64,000 nt of DNA from an uncultured Gemmatimonadales bacterium. Its GTDB lineage: Bacteria; Gemmatimonadota; Gemmatimonadetes; Longimicrobiales; RSA9. Under the pieces are notes generated by a model. That model was not told the DNA's origin. It did no database searches and was given only the letters and a program-made list of their open reading frames with translations. Position 1 is the first letter of the stretch. The number at the start of each line of letters is the position of its first letter. This document shows positions 60,774-64,000 of the stretch, in pieces. The translations under genes and the position numbers were made by a program. The stretch is taken from the NCBI GenBank assembly GCA_963741945.1, contig CAVUKA010000003.1, forward strand, positions 416,001 through 480,000, in the 5' to 3' direction.

Positions 60774-61495
60774 CAGAATGGCACGCCTTTGCGGCTCATG
60801 CTGTCGGCTCCCGCCCTGAGCGAGTCCGCCGGCTGGATGCGCAGCACGACGTTCACTTCGGAGGGATCCACGCGCAGCCCGGGCAGCGCCGTGGTGTCCA
60901 CGCCGGCGGGCACATTGGTGTTGGAGCGCAGACCGGCCAGGTCCACCGGGAAGAGCGGAACGGAATCGAGCGCCTGCACGCGCTCCCGCGGTCCGCGCAC
61001 TTCCACGGTGGACGGGTTGGTGGTCACGGGCAGCTCGAGGGCGAGGCCGGCGGGCAACTGCCCCTTCACCTGCACGGCCACAGGGAGCGTGCGCGACACC
61101 AGTCGCTCGTAATGCAGGCGCACGGTGTCGGGCCGCAGATCGAGGATGCGGACATCCCGCAGCCCCTCCGGGATCCGGACCCACTGGGGCGGCACCACCT
61201 GCGTTTGCACGGTGTCGTTCACCCGCTCCACGGGGAGCACGATGCGTGGCGGGTTGTTGGCCAGCGAGACCAGGTCGCCGCGCGGGCCCATCACGCTCAG
61301 GGCGATCACGCTCGGCGACGGCTCGCCCTTCAGGCGCCAGTCCGGGTCACGCAGGTCAACCTGCACCGGGACGTTCCGGAACGTGGCCATCTGGGGCTTG
61401 CTCGACTGCACCGCCAGCCACAGCAGGATGGCGAGCACGAGGGCCGTGAGCTTCAGCGCCCAGTTCTCCGTAAAGAAGCGAATGATCCGCTTCAC
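60773..61495 (-). CDS. YbbR/CdaR-like membrane-anchored protein
   Basis: ENWALKLTALVLAILLW anchor; repeated PSTVEVRGP-type YbbR motifs. Confidence 0.8.
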   Translation of the reverse strand: MKRIIRFFTENWALKLTALVLAILLWLAVQSSKPQMATFRNVPVQVDLRDPDWRLKGEPSPSVIALSVMGPRGDLVSLANNPPRIVLPVERVNDTVQTQVVPPQWVRIPEGLRDVRILDLRPDTVRLHYERLVSRTLPVAVQVKGQLPAGLALELPVTTNPSTVEVRGPRERVQALDSVPLFPVDLAGLRSNTNVPAGVDTTALPGLRVDPSEVNVVLRIQPADSLRAGADSMSRKGVPF

Positions 61496-62079
61496 CGGTT
61501 CCTTTCCTCCAGCAGCGACTCCACGAGGTCCGCCTGCGGCGGCGTGTCCCACGTCCGCCCCCCCACTTCCTTGCTCCGTATCCTGCCGGCGCGGTCGATC
61601 AGGACCGTGGTGGGCAGGTACTGCGTCCCGAAGCGCGCCTCCGTCCCGCCCGTCGGGTCCACGGCCACCGGAAACGTCAGGCCGTAGCGCTCCATGAACT
61701 GACTGACCGGCCCCACGATCCGCCCATCGGGCTGGCGCTCGCCCGGGTGGTCATCCACCGCCACGGAGACCACGCGCAGCCCCCGGTCCCGATGGCGCCG
61801 GTACAGCCGCTCGATGGACGGCATCTCCTGCCGGCACGGCCCGCACCACGTGGCCCAGATGTTCAGAAGCACCACGTGCCCCCGTAACGTGTCCAGCGAC
61901 AGCCCGCGGCCGTCGATCGTGGGCAGCGCCAGGGACGGCGCGCGCTCCCCCGCCAATGGCGCGGGTACCGGGCTCCCGGCCGCATCCCGGCTCAGCCAGC
62001 CGACCACCACCAGCGCCCCGACCACTGTCAGCAACACCGCGCTCACGAGCCAGTCCCGCGTCCGCTCCCGCAGCTTCAC
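61492..62079 (-). CDS. TlpA/ResA-family thiol-disulfide oxidoreductase
   Basis: N-terminal TM; LNIWATWCGPCRQEMP; LPTTVLIDR.G. Confidence 0.93.
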   Translation of the reverse strand: MKLRERTRDWLVSAVLLTVVGALVVVGWLSRDAAGSPVPAPLAGERAPSLALPTIDGRGLSLDTLRGHVVLLNIWATWCGPCRQEMPSIERLYRRHRDRGLRVVSVAVDDHPGERQPDGRIVGPVSQFMERYGLTFPVAVDPTGGTEARFGTQYLPTTVLIDRAGRIRSKEVGGRTWDTPPQADLVESLLEERNR

Positions 62080-62735
62080 GTCCCCTCCGGCCGCGGCAGG
62101 GCCGGCAAAATCGTATCCGACGGCGGCGACGGCGAGCCCGCGCTCACGAGGATCAGCACGGAGCCGGGCAACGGCAGGACGGCTCCGGCCGACGGCTCCG
62201 TCCCGGTCACGGTGCCACGCGGAAGCCGGCTGTCGCTCACCTGCCGCACTTCAACCGAGAAGCCGGTGCGCTCGAGCAGTGACTGCGCCGTGGCCGCGCC
62301 CAAGCCAACGAGCGCCGGCACGCTCACGCGCGGCGGCCCCGAGCTGACGGCGACGGCTACAGCTCCACCCGGCCGGAGCTCCTGTCCGGGCACTGGGTCC
62401 TGGGCGAGGACCTGACCCGCCGGCGTCCCGGCGCTCGCCATACTGACCACGGTGTCGACGTCCAGGCCGGCTTTGGCCAGCGCCTGCCGCGCTCCGGTGC
62501 TGTCGCGCCCCAGGAGATCCGGCACGGCCAGCCCCGTACCCGCGGTGTCGGGCCGTGGGAAGATCACCTGCGTGGCCAGCAGGAACCCCACACCGAAACT
62601 CACGGCCAGCACACCCGCGGCCAGGACAGTCCAGTGGATCCAGGTGAGCCCGTCCAGGTTTCGGGGGATCCACTCCGGCCGTGATCGACGCGCCCGGTCC
62701 TTCTTCGGTTTCCGGGTCGGATGACGCCGACGCAT
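62076..62735 (-). CDS. PASTA-domain membrane protein
   Basis: TM followed by two VPxLxG...G.V..(Q/T).P..G...VS.G repeats. Confidence 0.88.
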   Translation of the reverse strand: MRRRHPTRKPKKDRARRSRPEWIPRNLDGLTWIHWTVLAAGVLAVSFGVGFLLATQVIFPRPDTAGTGLAVPDLLGRDSTGARQALAKAGLDVDTVVSMASAGTPAGQVLAQDPVPGQELRPGGAVAVAVSSGPPRVSVPALVGLGAATAQSLLERTGFSVEVRQVSDSRLPRGTVTGTEPSAGAVLPLPGSVLILVSAGSPSPPSDTILPALPRPEGT

Positions 62736-62854
62736 GGACTCGCCGAGCACGGCCTAGCCCACCCGCGCGGGTCGACCGCGCCCGGCTCTTTCGCGTGACT
62801 GCCTGCTGTCGGTCACCCCACGCCCCTTCACTCGCTCCACGATCGCCCGCAGAA

Positions 62855-62863
62855 TGATACAAT
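62855..62863 (+). promoter_or_regulatory. Extended -10 element upstream of cdd
   Basis: TGaTACAAT in an AT-rich patch of the divergent intergenic region. Confidence 0.5.
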
Positions 62864-62925
62864 AGAGGGGCTGCGGCGGGAAACCCAACCCGGCCGCCAG
62901 CGTGGCACCGGGCCCGAGGAGAGAC

Positions 62926-63375
62926 GTGGAAACGCTGCGATACCAGGACCTGTCCGACGACGACCGCGAACTCGTCGATGCGGCGCGGACGGCCACCGAG
63001 ACCGCCTATGCTCCCTACTCCCGGATCCGCGTGGGAGCCGCGCTGCGCACCGGCAGCGGCCGCGTGGTCACGGGATCGAACGTCGAGAACGCCGCCTACG
63101 GCGCCACGCTGTGCGCGGAGCGCATGGCCGTGGGACGGGCGAACGCCGAGGGTGAGCGCGCGTTCACGGCCGTGGCCGTGACCGCCCTCGGGGACTCCCT
63201 CCCGTCCGGGCACCCCGTAGCACCGTGCGGAACGTGTCGGCAGGTGCTCCACGAGATGGCGAGCGTCACGGGGACGAGCACGCGTGTCCTCATGGCGACC
63301 CCCGGCTCCGACGAGATCACCATCGCTTCGCTGCGCGACCTCCTGCCGCTGGCGTTCGACCGCCTCTCACGGTGA
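62926..63375 (+). CDS. cdd: Cytidine deaminase
   Basis: AYAPYS, VGAAL, GSNVENAAY, CAE, PCGTCRQ; AGGAGA RBS before GTG. Confidence 0.93.
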   Translation: METLRYQDLSDDDRELVDAARTATETAYAPYSRIRVGAALRTGSGRVVTGSNVENAAYGATLCAERMAVGRANAEGERAFTAVAVTALGDSLPSGHPVAPCGTCRQVLHEMASVTGTSTRVLMATPGSDEITIASLRDLLPLAFDRLSR

Positions 63376-64000
63376 TCCTCCTCACCCGCCCCGCCGCCCT
63401 CCCGCTGCTGGACGCCATCGAGCGGGGGGACACCCTCGCCACCGCATCGCTCGACCTCGGCCGCTCGACGACATCGCTCGCGTTGGAGGACGGACGCGTC
63501 CGCTTCCCGGATGGGCAGACGATCGGCCTGGACGCGCTGCGCACCGTCGCCGACGCGCCGGAATCCGTGTTCGGCGTGCTCGAGAACCAGGTGGAGAAAG
63601 TCACGTGGTTCTCGCCGGAGACGAACAAGGTGTACACGCTCCGGGCCACGGAGGGGTGGCCGGCGCTGGAGATCTCGGGAATCCTGATGCACCGCATCAA
63701 GGGCACCGACCCGCGGCGTGACGCGGAGTCGAAGACGGCGGCCATCGCGCCCATCCGCGGTCGCGTCCTGGAAACGTGTTGCGGTCTCGGCTACTCCGCC
63801 ATCCACGCAGCGCGCACCGCCACCGAGGTAACCGTGTTCGAGATCGATCCGAACGTGCTGGACATGGCGCGGCTGAACCCGTATTCCTCGCCCATCTTCG
63901 ATCCGACCGGGAACATCGACGTGGTGAACGAGAACATCGCCGAGGCGATCCGCGACCTCCCCGGCGACGCATTCGACTTCATCATCCACGACCCGCCCAC
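63372..64000 (+). CDS. Class I SAM-dependent methyltransferase (archaeal-like COG2521 type), 3'-truncated by window edge
   Basis: Not in the ORF track; manual translation gives SLDLG...ISGILMHR...VLETCCGLGYSA...EIDPNV...NPYS...IIHDPP; GTGA overlap with cdd. Confidence 0.8.
   Translation, partial: MILLTRPAALPLLDAIERGDTLATASLDLGRSTTSLALEDGRVRFPDGQTIGLDALRTVADAPESVFGVLENQVEKVTWFSPETNKVYTLRATEGWPALEISGILMHRIKGTDPRRDAESKTAAIAPIRGRVLETCCGLGYSAIHAARTATEVTVFEIDPNVLDMARLNPYSSPIFDPTGNIDVVNENIAEAIRDLPGDAFDFIIHDPP

Overview
Very GC-rich bacterial chromosomal window. Gene content (BTAD-TolB-TPR regulator, TamA/TamB-tsaD-YbbR-PASTA block, long NagB, tricorn-like and S9 peptidases) suggests Gemmatimonadota; this is inference. 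It holds about 49 genes, mostly housekeeping, envelope and proteolysis: ETF-QO/etfAB, aroB, folK, tyrS, uvrA, efp, htpX, tamAB, tsaD, cdd, a peptidoglycan-sugar recycling cluster and pspA with a CesT/YbjN-like partner. No rRNA, tRNA, CRISPR array or transposase was seen. Best candidates for undescribed biology: (1) an operon of two atypical Ddl-like ATP-grasp ligases, a GNAT and a lysine 2,3-aminomutase, with a terminator in its leader and a divergent YbdK-like ligase; (2) a di-heme MauG/CcP enzyme plus a Trp/His-rich exported partner, divergent from a membrane-anchored SARP/BTAD regulator with 11-bp-periodic boxes (heavily frameshifted, possibly sequence error); (3) an NYN-LOTUS-LOTUS protein with a RecD2-like HhH tail; (4) three intergenic cassettes bounded by inverted repeats built from short-period units. 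All product calls come from motif recognition, not database searches.
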